From NCBI GenBank assembly GCA_964597505.1, contig CAZQXI010000002.1, positions 92,775-156,774 on the forward strand: a stretch of 64,000 nucleotides of DNA, given 5' to 3'. The notes beneath the pieces were generated by a model. That model worked only from the letters and a program-made list of their open reading frames with translations, had not been told where the DNA came from and made no database searches. Each line of letters opens with the position of its first letter. Within the stretch, counting starts at the first letter, position 1. This DNA is from an uncultured Anaerolinea sp. Lineage in GTDB: Bacteria; Chloroflexota; Anaerolineae; Anaerolineales; Anaerolineaceae. The position numbers and the translations under genes are program-made. Of this stretch, positions 55,812 through 64,000 are shown piece after piece.

Positions 55812-58061
55812 ATGAAAAAAGCAGCCTGGCGAGTTCTATCTACTTTATTGATTGCCTCAATGTCAATCAGTTTGTTGACGGCTTGCGGCGATCTGAGCAG
55901 TTATGTAGAAGAAACTGCCGGACCCACTGATTCAACTGATGCAGCTTCAAGCGATTCTTCCAACATCAACAGCCAGGGCGAACCGGGAACCTGGTTGGTC
56001 ATGCTCTATCAGGATGGCGATGATGAAACCCTTGAAAGAGACGTATTTCTCGATCTCAATGAGGCAGAAATCGTTGGATCCAGTGATATGGTTACCATTG
56101 TTTCACAATTAGATCGTTATGACGGTTCTTTTGATGGTGATGGCGATTGGACGGGGACCAAGCGGTTCCTGGTACAGCAAGACGGTGACCTCGAAACGAT
56201 TGCTTCTGAAGAACTTGAAGACCTGGGTGAAACTGATATGAGTGATCCCCAGAGTCTGGAAGATTTTATCACTTGGGCAATCGCATCCTATCCTGCTGAT
56301 CATTATGCATTAATCATGTCTGATCACGGCATGGGCTGGCTCGGAGGTTGGACAGACATGGATTCAAGTGACGGAGATATGAGTCTGTCTGAAATTGATG
56401 GCGCATTAGCAAACTCAGTCACCCAAACCGGAATTGGACAGTTTGAATTTGTTGGTTTTGACGCTTGCTTGATGGCTCAGCTTGAAGCGTTCAGTATGTT
56501 GGCACCTCATGCAAAATATGCAGCAGCTTCTGAAGAAACTGAACCGGCAGTGGGTTGGGCTTATGCTTCTTTCCTGGGTGACCTGGTGGATAACCCTGCC
56601 ATGAGCGGCGCTGATCTGGCGATGGCAGTGGTGGATTCTTATATCAGCGAAGATTATCGCATTACCGATGATGATGCACGGATTTCATTTGTAGAAGAGA
56701 ATTACGAATCAGGTTCAGATTTGTCTGCAGAACAAGTAGCAGCGGATATGAGCGTGGATGTAACCCTGTCTGCCATTGACCTATCACAGATTGCAGCCCT
56801 TGATGAGGCCATGAATCAACTGGCGGTAAGTCTCACCTATGTGGACCAAAGCAGTGTGGCAGCAGCGCGTTCTTACTCTCAATCTTATACGAGTGTTTTT
56901 GATAAGGAAATTCCAGATTCGTTTATTGATCTTGGTAATTTTGCAGAATTGGTTTCAGATGAAACCGGTGATTCAGACGTTGCCAATGCCGCCCAACAAG
57001 TAACTGCTGCGCTGCAGCAGGCAGTTTTATCAGAAAAACACGGCGAACAAAAACCCGGCTCCACCGGCATCTCATTCTATTTTCCAAATTCTGAATTGTA
57101 TACGATGACCACGGATGAAGAATGGATCAGTTACACCACTACCGCAGACCGCTTTGCAGCCGCCTCCTTATGGGATGATTTTTTGGTCTTTCACTATATG
57201 GGAAAAGACCTCAACGCTGACGCGGCGGATTTATCCGTTCTTGCGCCTGTGACTGGAAGCTCCAACCAGGATTTCAGCGAAGCCATTGCGGCTTCAGCAC
57301 CTGAAACCGGCGCAACGGTTGAAGCGCCTGGCAGCGGCGATATTGCAGTGGGTGAAGTGACATCAACTTTATATGAAATGGCACCTGACGAAACCGCAAC
57401 CTTTACGGCTGATGTCAGCGGTAACAATATTGGATATGTCTATTATTATGTCAGCTATTATTCTGAAGAAGACGAATCATACCTGATGGCTGATATGGAG
57501 TTTCTTTCTTCTGAAAACACACTCGATGTCGGCGGCACGCTCTACCCTGATTGGGGAGATGCCCGCGACTTTTCAGTCTCTTTTGACTGGTCTCCAACAG
57601 TCTATTATTTGAGTGATGGCGTTGATGAAGCTTTCGTTTACCTCGAACCGGAAGTATACGGAGCAACTTATGAAGAGGATGTTTACACGCTCTATGGCTT
57701 GTATGCTCCAGGCGGCGATGAAAGCAAACAGCAAGAGGCTATGATCAAATTCGACGGTAATTTTGAAATGCAAAGTTTCTGGGTCTTTACCGGTGCCGAC
57801 GGGACAGGTGCGCCACGGGAGGCAACTCTTGAAGAAGGTGATACATTCACTGTCTATGAGTTGTGGCAAGATTACGTAGCAGACACTGATCTTTGGGAGT
57901 TTAATTATTACCTCGGTGATGTCTTGACTTTCACCGGCGAACCCTTCACGGTTGTGGCTTATGAAGCATTCCCAGGAACTTATGAAGTGGGTGTCACCGT
58001 CGAAGACTATGATGGAAATTACACAGAATCATGGACCAACATAACCGTCCCCGAATACTAA
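55812..58061 (+). CDS. clostripain-family (peptidase C11) lipoprotein with large C-terminal non-catalytic extension
   Basis: Lipobox LLTACG; catalytic His SDHGMGW and Cys GFDACLMAQ in C11 order. Confidence 0.8.
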   Translation: MKKAAWRVLSTLLIASMSISLLTACGDLSSYVEETAGPTDSTDAASSDSSNINSQGEPGTWLVMLYQDGDDETLERDVFLDLNEAEIVGSSDMVTIVSQLDRYDGSFDGDGDWTGTKRFLVQQDGDLETIASEELEDLGETDMSDPQSLEDFITWAIASYPADHYALIMSDHGMGWLGGWTDMDSSDGDMSLSEIDGALANSVTQTGIGQFEFVGFDACLMAQLEAFSMLAPHAKYAAASEETEPAVGWAYASFLGDLVDNPAMSGADLAMAVVDSYISEDYRITDDDARISFVEENYESGSDLSAEQVAADMSVDVTLSAIDLSQIAALDEAMNQLAVSLTYVDQSSVAAARSYSQSYTSVFDKEIPDSFIDLGNFAELVSDETGDSDVANAAQQVTAALQQAVLSEKHGEQKPGSTGISFYFPNSELYTMTTDEEWISYTTTADRFAAASLWDDFLVFHYMGKDLNADAADLSVLAPVTGSSNQDFSEAIAASAPETGATVEAPGSGDIAVGEVTSTLYEMAPDETATFTADVSGNNIGYVYYYVSYYSEEDESYLMADMEFLSSENTLDVGGTLYPDWGDARDFSVSFDWSPTVYYLSDGVDEAFVYLEPEVYGATYEEDVYTLYGLYAPGGDESKQQEAMIKFDGNFEMQSFWVFTGADGTGAPREATLEEGDTFTVYELWQDYVADTDLWEFNYYLGDVLTFTGEPFTVVAYEAFPGTYEVGVTVEDYDGNYTESWTNITVPEY

Positions 58062-58093
58062 ACGTTGAAGTTTCATCGAGAAAGGGTTACAGG

Positions 58094-58912
58094 ATGGCAA
58101 AGAAGATCACATTGATGTGTAACGGAAAGAAATTGGAATTCAATCCGCTGATGACCGAGGAAGATGGCGGAACTTCATCGAAGGTTTCTGGTGTGCAGGC
58201 ACCCGGCCAAGGTGTTTTTGAGTTGTCTGACCTTATCTTGTCTGCCAATGAAATAAAGGATGGAGAATCGGTTACTTGCAAGACGACGATCAAAGGCAAA
58301 AATATCAGCCAGATCACCTATGAATTGATGATACAGGTAAACGATTATGCAATTGGTCCAGTTCAATGTGATTTTCTGAAGTCACCCAAACAGCGTGAGG
58401 TTAAAGGCGTTGTTCATCCTCGTTGGGAAGCAGAAAACGAAATTGAGTTTGAATTTGCACCCAAGGGCAGATTATTGTTTTGCGGAGAAGGATTTACACT
58501 GGCTTGTATGACCCCTGAACGCTATGGGGTCGAGCCAGAGGCTCAAATCTGGGGTTTGGAAGGAGTCTACCAGCGCGGTGGGGGAGAACCTTTCAGGGTT
58601 AAACTCGAGTTTGATAACCGCGGCGCTCTGGTGCGTAAAACAGGATTCTTTCCAGCCTCTGTTAGCGGTGTCGTTATGCCTTTTGAACTACTGATTGAAG
58701 ATGGCGACACTTTTGAACCGTTTGTTACCATGCTCAATGCCAAGGGCGAAATGGTCACCGGGTTGGTAAACCCGATCATGTTGGGCGGCGGCAATCAGCT
58801 TCATTGGGAGCTGGTTGAAGCATGCCAGGGTACTTACTTTGTTGGACTTGTGATTGAAGATTTTGATGGAAAGAAAACACGGATTAATTCGGAATCTATG
58901 ATCAAGTTGTAA
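58094..58912 (+). CDS. signal-less protein paralogous to the C-terminal ~280 aa of the adjacent C11 peptidase
   Basis: Start at MAKKITLMCNGKK (RBS aaaggg); shared blocks EDGDTF/EEGDTF and GTYFVGLVIEDFDG / GTYEVGVTVEDYDG. Confidence 0.6.
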   Translation: MAKKITLMCNGKKLEFNPLMTEEDGGTSSKVSGVQAPGQGVFELSDLILSANEIKDGESVTCKTTIKGKNISQITYELMIQVNDYAIGPVQCDFLKSPKQREVKGVVHPRWEAENEIEFEFAPKGRLLFCGEGFTLACMTPERYGVEPEAQIWGLEGVYQRGGGEPFRVKLEFDNRGALVRKTGFFPASVSGVVMPFELLIEDGDTFEPFVTMLNAKGEMVTGLVNPIMLGGGNQLHWELVEACQGTYFVGLVIEDFDGKKTRINSESMIKL

Positions 58913-58995
58913 CGATTAATTATTGATAATCGGAAACAAGGCTAAGAAATATATAATAATTGTGACCTCAATGATAATAGACTGAGAGATCATCA

Positions 58996-59847
58996 ATGAA
59001 TAATCAATTCTATTTTTCTATAGCCATTTTGTTGTTAGGTTTGGGTATTGTATTATTAATTGCCGCCTTGTTTCCGATTAAAGAAATTATTCGCCGATTA
59101 CCAAAGGGAACCCTTCGCCAGAGATGGTTTTTACTATTGGGTTTCACGTTATTGTTTCTTTTTTCATATTTTGCTTTTTTGCTTGCTTTTTGGAATCAAT
59201 TTGACACTTCGATTGATCTGATCGTTCCCGGAGTGTTTTTCTTTGGAGCCTGTTTTGTTTGGCTTATCTCCACCCTTTCACTACAAACCGCCATTGATAT
59301 TCGACGAATATACCGCCTTGAAGAAGAATCCATCACAGATTCATTAACTGGCGCCTATAATCGACGGTACCTGGAACGCCGATTGGGTGAAGAGTTTTCA
59401 CATGCCAGGCAGTTTAATTCTCCACTTTCCATTTTGATGATCGATGTGGATCATTTTAAAGAAATCAATGACAATGCCGGTCATTTTGTCGGAGATCAGG
59501 TGATCGCGCAACTTGCTAAAGTAATGCAGACTACCATCCGTGGATCGGATGTGTTGGTGAGATATGGTGGAGATGAGTTTATTGTCGTTGCATTAAATAC
59601 GTCGGCTGAAGCTGCAGGCGCCTTTGCAAAAAAAATTGGAAAACACATCCATGCTCATCCACTGGTGGTTAATAGTGATAAAAATTCTGCCATCGAAATT
59701 GATGTGTCAGTTAGTATTGGGGTCGCCAGTCTTTCTGAAGAGATCAATGAAACGAGTCAAATAATTCAAAACGCAGATAAAGCCCTCTATTGCGCCAAAA
59801 AAGAAGGCCGTAACTGTACCGTAATCTATCCACACAATTGTGACTAA
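58996..59847 (+). CDS. GGDEF-domain diguanylate cyclase with N-terminal 4-TM domain
   Basis: RYGGDEF active site, DxLTG-like upstream motif; low-GC gene. Confidence 0.9.
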   Translation: MNNQFYFSIAILLLGLGIVLLIAALFPIKEIIRRLPKGTLRQRWFLLLGFTLLFLFSYFAFLLAFWNQFDTSIDLIVPGVFFFGACFVWLISTLSLQTAIDIRRIYRLEEESITDSLTGAYNRRYLERRLGEEFSHARQFNSPLSILMIDVDHFKEINDNAGHFVGDQVIAQLAKVMQTTIRGSDVLVRYGGDEFIVVALNTSAEAAGAFAKKIGKHIHAHPLVVNSDKNSAIEIDVSVSIGVASLSEEINETSQIIQNADKALYCAKKEGRNCTVIYPHNCD

Positions 59848-59857
59848 TTGTTTGCCT

Positions 59858-59898
59858 AGAAAAAGGAGGATTCATGAAGAATGAATCCTCCTTTTTGC
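59858..59898. terminator. 16-bp perfect hairpin bidirectional terminator
   Basis: aaaaaggaggattcat gaag atgaatcctccttttt between convergent GGDEF and catalase genes. Confidence 0.65.
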
Positions 59899-59917
59899 TA
59901 ATCTTGTTTAATACCTG

Positions 59918-61375
59918 TTATTTAACTTCATCCAAGGAAATGCCAAGCGCCTTGGCGACCCCGGCGCCATAGGCGGGATCTGCTTTAAGGCAGTTGCCTA
60001 TGTGGCGAACCTTGATCTCTTTAGGGGCATCTCCCATGGCGCGAGCCGTGTTTTCAAACAGCACTTGCTGCTGGGCTGGCTTCATTAAGCGGAAGAGTTT
60101 TCCGGGTTGGGTGTAGTAGTCGCTGTCATCTTCTCTGAAATTCCAATGGTCGGCGGCGCCCACCAGGTCCAGAGGCGGTTCGGCAAATTCGGGCTGTTCC
60201 CGCCACTCGCCGTAGCTGTTGGGTTCGTATCCGATGGTTGCGCCATAATTGCCATCCACGCGCATTTGTCCGTCGCGGTGGTAACTGTTGGTTTCTACGT
60301 GCGGTTTGTTGACCGGAATGGAATGATGGTTAACCCCAAGGCGATAGCGTTGGGCATCGCCGTATGAGAACAATCGGCCTTGAAGCATTTTGTCTGGCGA
60401 AAAACCGATGCCGGGCACAATGTTGGCGGGATTGAAAGCGGCTTGTTCCACATCCGCGAAATAGTTGTCAGGGTTGCGGTTCAATTCCATGACGCCAACT
60501 TCAATTAAAGGGAAGTCTTTCTTATACCAGACCTTGGTCAGATCAAAGGGATTGTAAGGCATGACGTCTGCCTGTTTTTCGGTCATCACCTGGATGAAAA
60601 GCTTCCAACGCGGAAAGTCTTTGCGGTCAATGGCTTCAAGCAAGTCTTGTTGATGGCTTTCGCGGTTCTTGCCCACCAGGGCTTCAGCTTCGGCATCGGT
60701 GAGGTTCTTGATGCCCTGCTGGCAGACCCAATGGAATTTGACCCAATGACGTTCGTTTTTGGCGTTATACATGCTGAAGGTGTGGCTGCCAAATCCGTGC
60801 ATGTTTCGGTAGCTGGCGGGGATGCCGCGTTCGCTCATGGTAATGGTGACCTGGTGCAGCGCTTCAGGCAGGGAGGTCCAGAAATCCCAGTTATTTTTGG
60901 CGCTGCGCATGTTGGTATGCGGATCGCGTTTGACGGCATGGTTGAGGTCTGGGAATTTTAACGGGTCGCGCAGGAAGAAGACGGGGGTGTTGTTGCCGAC
61001 CAGATCCCAGTTACCTTCTTCGGTGTAGAACTTGACTGCAAAGCCGCGGATGTCACGTTCGGCATCTGCCGCGCCGCGTTCTCCGGCGACGGTTGAAAAG
61101 CGCACAAACAGATCCGTTTTCTTGCCAATTGCAGAAAAGATCTTGGCTTTGGTGTAGCGGGTGATGTCGTGGGTGACGGTGAAGGTGCCGAAAGCCCCCG
61201 ATCCTTTGGCGTGCATGCGCCGCTCCGGGATGACCTCGCGGTCAAAGTGGGCCAGTTTTTCGAGATACCAAACATCTTGTAGAAGCTGGGGTCCGCGCTT
61301 TCCGGCAGTCATTACATTTTGATTATCCGGAACAGGTGCTCCGGCGGCAGTGGTTAATTTCTTATCCTTTTTCAT
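59918..61375 (-). CDS. katA: monofunctional heme catalase
   Basis: FDRERIPERVVHAKG-like [11 protein letters not shown], distal His/Asn and proximal Tyr regions; 485 aa. Confidence 0.95.
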   Translation of the reverse strand: MKKDKKLTTAAGAPVPDNQNVMTAGKRGPQLLQDVWYLEKLAHFDREVIPERRMHAKGSGAFGTFTVTHDITRYTKAKIFSAIGKKTDLFVRFSTVAGERGAADAERDIRGFAVKFYTEEGNWDLVGNNTPVFFLRDPLKFPDLNHAVKRDPHTNMRSAKNNWDFWTSLPEALHQVTITMSERGIPASYRNMHGFGSHTFSMYNAKNERHWVKFHWVCQQGIKNLTDAEAEALVGKNRESHQQDLLEAIDRKDFPRWKLFIQVMTEKQADVMPYNPFDLTKVWYKKDFPLIEVGVMELNRNPDNYFADVEQAAFNPANIVPGIGFSPDKMLQGRLFSYGDAQRYRLGVNHHSIPVNKPHVETNSYHRDGQMRVDGNYGATIGYEPNSYGEWREQPEFAEPPLDLVGAADHWNFREDDSDYYTQPGKLFRLMKPAQQQVLFENTARAMGDAPKEIKVRHIGNCLKADPAYGAGVAKALGISLDEVK

Positions 61376-61415
61376 GGTGCATATCCTTTCTTAGTTGAAC
61401 ACAGTTCCTTATAGA

Positions 61416-61434
61416 GAATTATTATCAATAATTC
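61416..61434. promoter_or_regulatory. Fur-family (PerR-like) box upstream of catalase
   Basis: GAATTATT-atc-AATAATTC perfect 8-bp inverted repeat in AT-rich kat leader. Confidence 0.5.
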
Positions 61435-61451
61435 CGAAATTTTTTATGCGC

Positions 61452-61901
61452 TCATTTTTGGCAGCTTTGGCAAACTCCATAAAACAAAACTTGTGATTGA
61501 GAAACCTGAAAATTATATTTCTCCTGTATTTCCTGGCCGATGGTGTTAAGAAAGCTTACATCATCTCCATCTAAGATTGCGCCGCATTTGTTGCAAATCA
61601 AGTGGGGGTGAGGGTATGGTTTATTGCCGTCATAATGACTGTCATTATGAAGATCAATTTCAAAAACCTGTCCGTCTTCTTTGAGAACCAGCAAAGTTTT
61701 ATAGATGGTTGCCAGACTGATGGTTGGAAACTGAGCGCGTAGTTTTTCGTAAAGCTGGGCAGCGTTTGGGTGGCCTTCAGAAACCGCCATGATCCGCAGC
61801 AGGGCGAGACGATGCGAAGTCATGCGGCAGCCGCGGTCCTGCAGTTTTTTCAGCATCGATTGATAACGAATTTCTGGATCAAGTGTAGTATTGATAATCA
61901 T
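61452..61901 (-). CDS. perR: Fur-family transcriptional regulator, PerR-like (peroxide sensing)
   Basis: HTH ...TSHRLALLRIM..., HxH/CxxC metal sites (HPHLICNKCG...CQSCQ); directly upstream of catalase; start at MIINTT (61901) chosen over 61976. Confidence 0.8.
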   Translation of the reverse strand: MIINTTLDPEIRYQSMLKKLQDRGCRMTSHRLALLRIMAVSEGHPNAAQLYEKLRAQFPTISLATIYKTLLVLKEDGQVFEIDLHNDSHYDGNKPYPHPHLICNKCGAILDGDDVSFLNTIGQEIQEKYNFQVSQSQVLFYGVCQSCQK

Positions 61902-62040
61902 TCTCCGTAGATAAACACTATCATTATTATAGCAATTTATTAAGGATTTGCAAGCGGAAAATGAAAAATATACCATTTCTTGATAACCAGGCAGTCATTG
62001 GATTCATGTAAAACCCTTGACAATTATCCGCGGGATGATA

Positions 62041-62061
62041 ATATATAGTCACGCTATATAT
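62041..62061. promoter_or_regulatory. inverted repeat ATATATAG-tcacg-CTATATAT between perR and padR (candidate operator)
   Basis: Seen directly; preceded by TTGACA at 62017-62022. Confidence 0.35.
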
Positions 62062-62103
62062 AGTAAGACTGTATAAAGAAAGACGATATAGAAAGGTTGG
62101 TAG

Positions 62104-62430
62104 ATGAATCTAAACAAACTGCTTCCACTTACTGAAACCACTTATTACATCCTGCTGGCATTGTTGGAACCCCTGCATGGATACGGCATCATCCTGCGGG
62201 TTAAGGCGCTCAGCGCCGAATCTGTGGATATCGCGCCGGGAACACTTTATGGGGCGCTTGAGAATTTGAGCAAACAAAACCTGATCAGCCTGGTTGCGGA
62301 AGATGCTGAAAAGCGGCGCAAGATTTATGCCCTGACAGACCTGGGCCGGCAGGTGTTGGAAATGGAATATTCAAGAATGAAAAAGCTGGTTGAACTCAGC
62401 CAGCCGTTATTAGGAGGAGCAATTCAATGA
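62104..62430 (+). CDS. PadR family transcriptional regulator
   Basis: YYILLALLEPLHGYGIILRV...GTLYGALENL. Confidence 0.9.
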   Translation: MNLNKLLPLTETTYYILLALLEPLHGYGIILRVKALSAESVDIAPGTLYGALENLSKQNLISLVAEDAEKRRKIYALTDLGRQVLEMEYSRMKKLVELSQPLLGGAIQ

Positions 62431-63041
62431 CCGCACAAATATCACAGATCAAGTTTTTCTTTCGTTTCGAGAAAGAAGAGGCCTGGCTTGAAGCCATGTC
62501 CGCTTCTGGCTGGCACCTGATCAGCGCCAGTTATGGATTATATAAATTTCAAGATGGAAAGCCCGAAAAAAGGGTGTACAAGATCGACTGCCGCAATATC
62601 TCCAAACAAGCTGATCTTGTAGATTATGTTTCCCTTTTTACCGACAGCGGATGGACCAGCATATCCGCCAAGAAAAATATGGGCAACTACTATTTTTATT
62701 CTATGGCTGATCAACCTGGAAAGGATATTTTTTCAGATAAGGTTTCAAGAGCAGGACGATATCTTCGTTATGCTCAATTAACCGGGATGTCCTTGATCCC
62801 CATGATCCCAATTTATGTCTCCTTGTTTGCCACCGGTGCGTTGAAAATGGGAAGCTGGGGATATCTTACTCCGGGTTTATGGCAAATGACCGGCTCTGAA
62901 TTTGTGACGCATTTTTTATTTGAAACGCCCTTTGTGTTGCTGAGAGCAGTCGGTTGGGTGCTGCCCCTGTTGGTTGTTTTTACCTGTTTGATCTTTGTTT
63001 ACAGTTATTACCGCATTTACCGCAAGGAACTCGAAAAATAA
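62427..63041 (+). CDS. DUF2812 domain membrane protein (typical PadR partner)
   Basis: FRFEKEEAWLEAMSASGWHL... plus C-terminal TM helices; ATGA overlap with padR. Confidence 0.7.
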   Translation: MTAQISQIKFFFRFEKEEAWLEAMSASGWHLISASYGLYKFQDGKPEKRVYKIDCRNISKQADLVDYVSLFTDSGWTSISAKKNMGNYYFYSMADQPGKDIFSDKVSRAGRYLRYAQLTGMSLIPMIPIYVSLFATGALKMGSWGYLTPGLWQMTGSEFVTHFLFETPFVLLRAVGWVLPLLVVFTCLIFVYSYYRIYRKELEK

Positions 63042-63149
63042 AAGCGTGTCAAACGCGCCGCCTGGATTTCTACCGATTTGAGGGGTAAATCGGCAGGGCA
63101 TCTCGTATAGGGTTACACAGAATGACCCCAGGCGGCGCGACTCAAATGG

Positions 63150-63974
63150 TTACGCCTTAATAAACGCCAATAGATCTTCATTCAACTTATTTTTGTGGGT
63201 TACAGCAATGCCATGCGGGGCGCCTGGATATACTTTTAGGATTGCCCCTTTGACCAGTTTCACCGAATGATGCGCTGCGGCATCAATGGGCACGATCTGG
63301 TCATCATCGCCATGGATGATCAAGGTAGGCACATTAATAATTTTTAAATCTTCAGTGAAGTCAGTTTCAGAAAAAGCCTTGATGCAATCGTATGTATTCT
63401 TGTGCCCGGCCTGCATTCCTTGCAGCCAGAATGAATCCATCATGCCCTGAGACACTTTCGCTCCATCCCTGTTGGCGCCAAAAAAAGGGCCGCTGGCGAG
63501 GTCTTTATATAATTGTGAACGGTCCGCAAGGGATTTTTCTCTGAGGCCGTCAAACACATCCAGGGGCAGGCCCAGGGGATTGGATTCCGTTTTGAGCATC
63601 AACGGGGGAACGGCAGAAATTAATGCCATTTTGGCGATTCGTTTCGTACCATGACGACCTACATAGCGGGTTATTTCTCCGCCTCCGGCAGAGAAACCGA
63701 CAAGAACAGCCCGTTTTAAATCGAGCGTGTTCATCAGTTCAGCCAGATCATCTGCGTAGGTGTTCATATCATTCCCGCTCCAGGGTTGACTTGAGCGGCC
63801 GTGTCCGCGGCGGTCATGGGCGATGCAGCGATAGCCTTCAGAAGCGAGGAAGATCATTTGAGATTCCCAACTGTCCGAGTTTAGCGGCCAACCATGGCTG
63901 AACACAATGGGTTTTCCAACACCCCAATCTTTAAAATAGATACGTGTGCCGTCTCTTGTTGTGATGTAATGCAT
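63150..63974 (-). CDS. alpha/beta hydrolase (non-heme haloperoxidase/arylesterase-like)
   Basis: [13 protein letters not shown], nucleophile elbow GFSAGGG, 274 aa. Confidence 0.9.
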   Translation of the reverse strand: MHYITTRDGTRIYFKDWGVGKPIVFSHGWPLNSDSWESQMIFLASEGYRCIAHDRRGHGRSSQPWSGNDMNTYADDLAELMNTLDLKRAVLVGFSAGGGEITRYVGRHGTKRIAKMALISAVPPLMLKTESNPLGLPLDVFDGLREKSLADRSQLYKDLASGPFFGANRDGAKVSQGMMDSFWLQGMQAGHKNTYDCIKAFSETDFTEDLKIINVPTLIIHGDDDQIVPIDAAAHHSVKLVKGAILKVYPGAPHGIAVTHKNKLNEDLLAFIKA

Positions 63975-64000
63975 ATTTTCTCTCCAATCAAATATTTCTT

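Noticed and set aside
1-64000. Search for CRISPR arrays, tRNA/rRNA genes, transposases/IS elements, integrases
   Set aside because: No regular direct-repeat/spacer arrays were seen. No intergenic gap contains tRNA hallmarks (GGTTCGAATCC/T-loop) or rRNA-like sequence. No transposase/integrase-like ORFs were found. The only repeats are short REP-like palindromes and a heptamer array.

Overview
This 64 kb window looks like a bacterial chromosomal segment, about 50-55% GC, with low Shine-Dalgarno usage and Pro/Thr-rich lipoprotein linkers. That is consistent with, but not proof of, a Chloroflexota-like genome. It is densely coding with roughly 70 genes, mostly on the minus strand.

The content is dominated by transporters: five MFS transporters, four ABC systems including a MacAB/HlyD-type tripartite pump, TauE/SafE, EamA and a flotillin. 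There are seven regulators (two TetR, MarR, PadR, an ECF sigma/anti-sigma pair and a Fur-family PerR-like repressor). Stress and detoxification enzymes include a catalase, a peroxiredoxin-like protein, VOC/glyoxalase proteins, NUDIX and MBL hydrolases, an SDR, an aldo-keto reductase and a cyclophilin. A putative copper module (permease with a cupredoxin-like domain plus CopZ), a GH13 alpha-amylase, an acetate kinase, a C11 peptidase and a GGDEF cyclase are also present.

I found no rRNA, tRNA, CRISPR array or transposase/IS element.

The most unusual loci are:
1. A TetR gene, probably leaderless, whose promoter is embedded in a perfect 36-bp palindrome. On one side it points toward a GH13 gene. 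On the other it faces an operon of a YkgJ-like Cys-cluster protein followed by four tandem paralogous Cys-containing lipoproteins.
2. A C11 clostripain-like lipoprotein peptidase followed by a signal-less gene that is paralogous to the peptidase's own C-terminal region.
3. An ECF sigma operon in which the zf-HC2 anti-sigma is fused to a polytopic membrane domain, followed by two ABC-2 permeases and an ATPase, preceded by a heptameric tandem repeat.
4. A membrane protein with an internal Tat-like motif and a six-Cys C-terminal tail.

All functional calls rest on by-eye motif and family recognition. No database search was possible.
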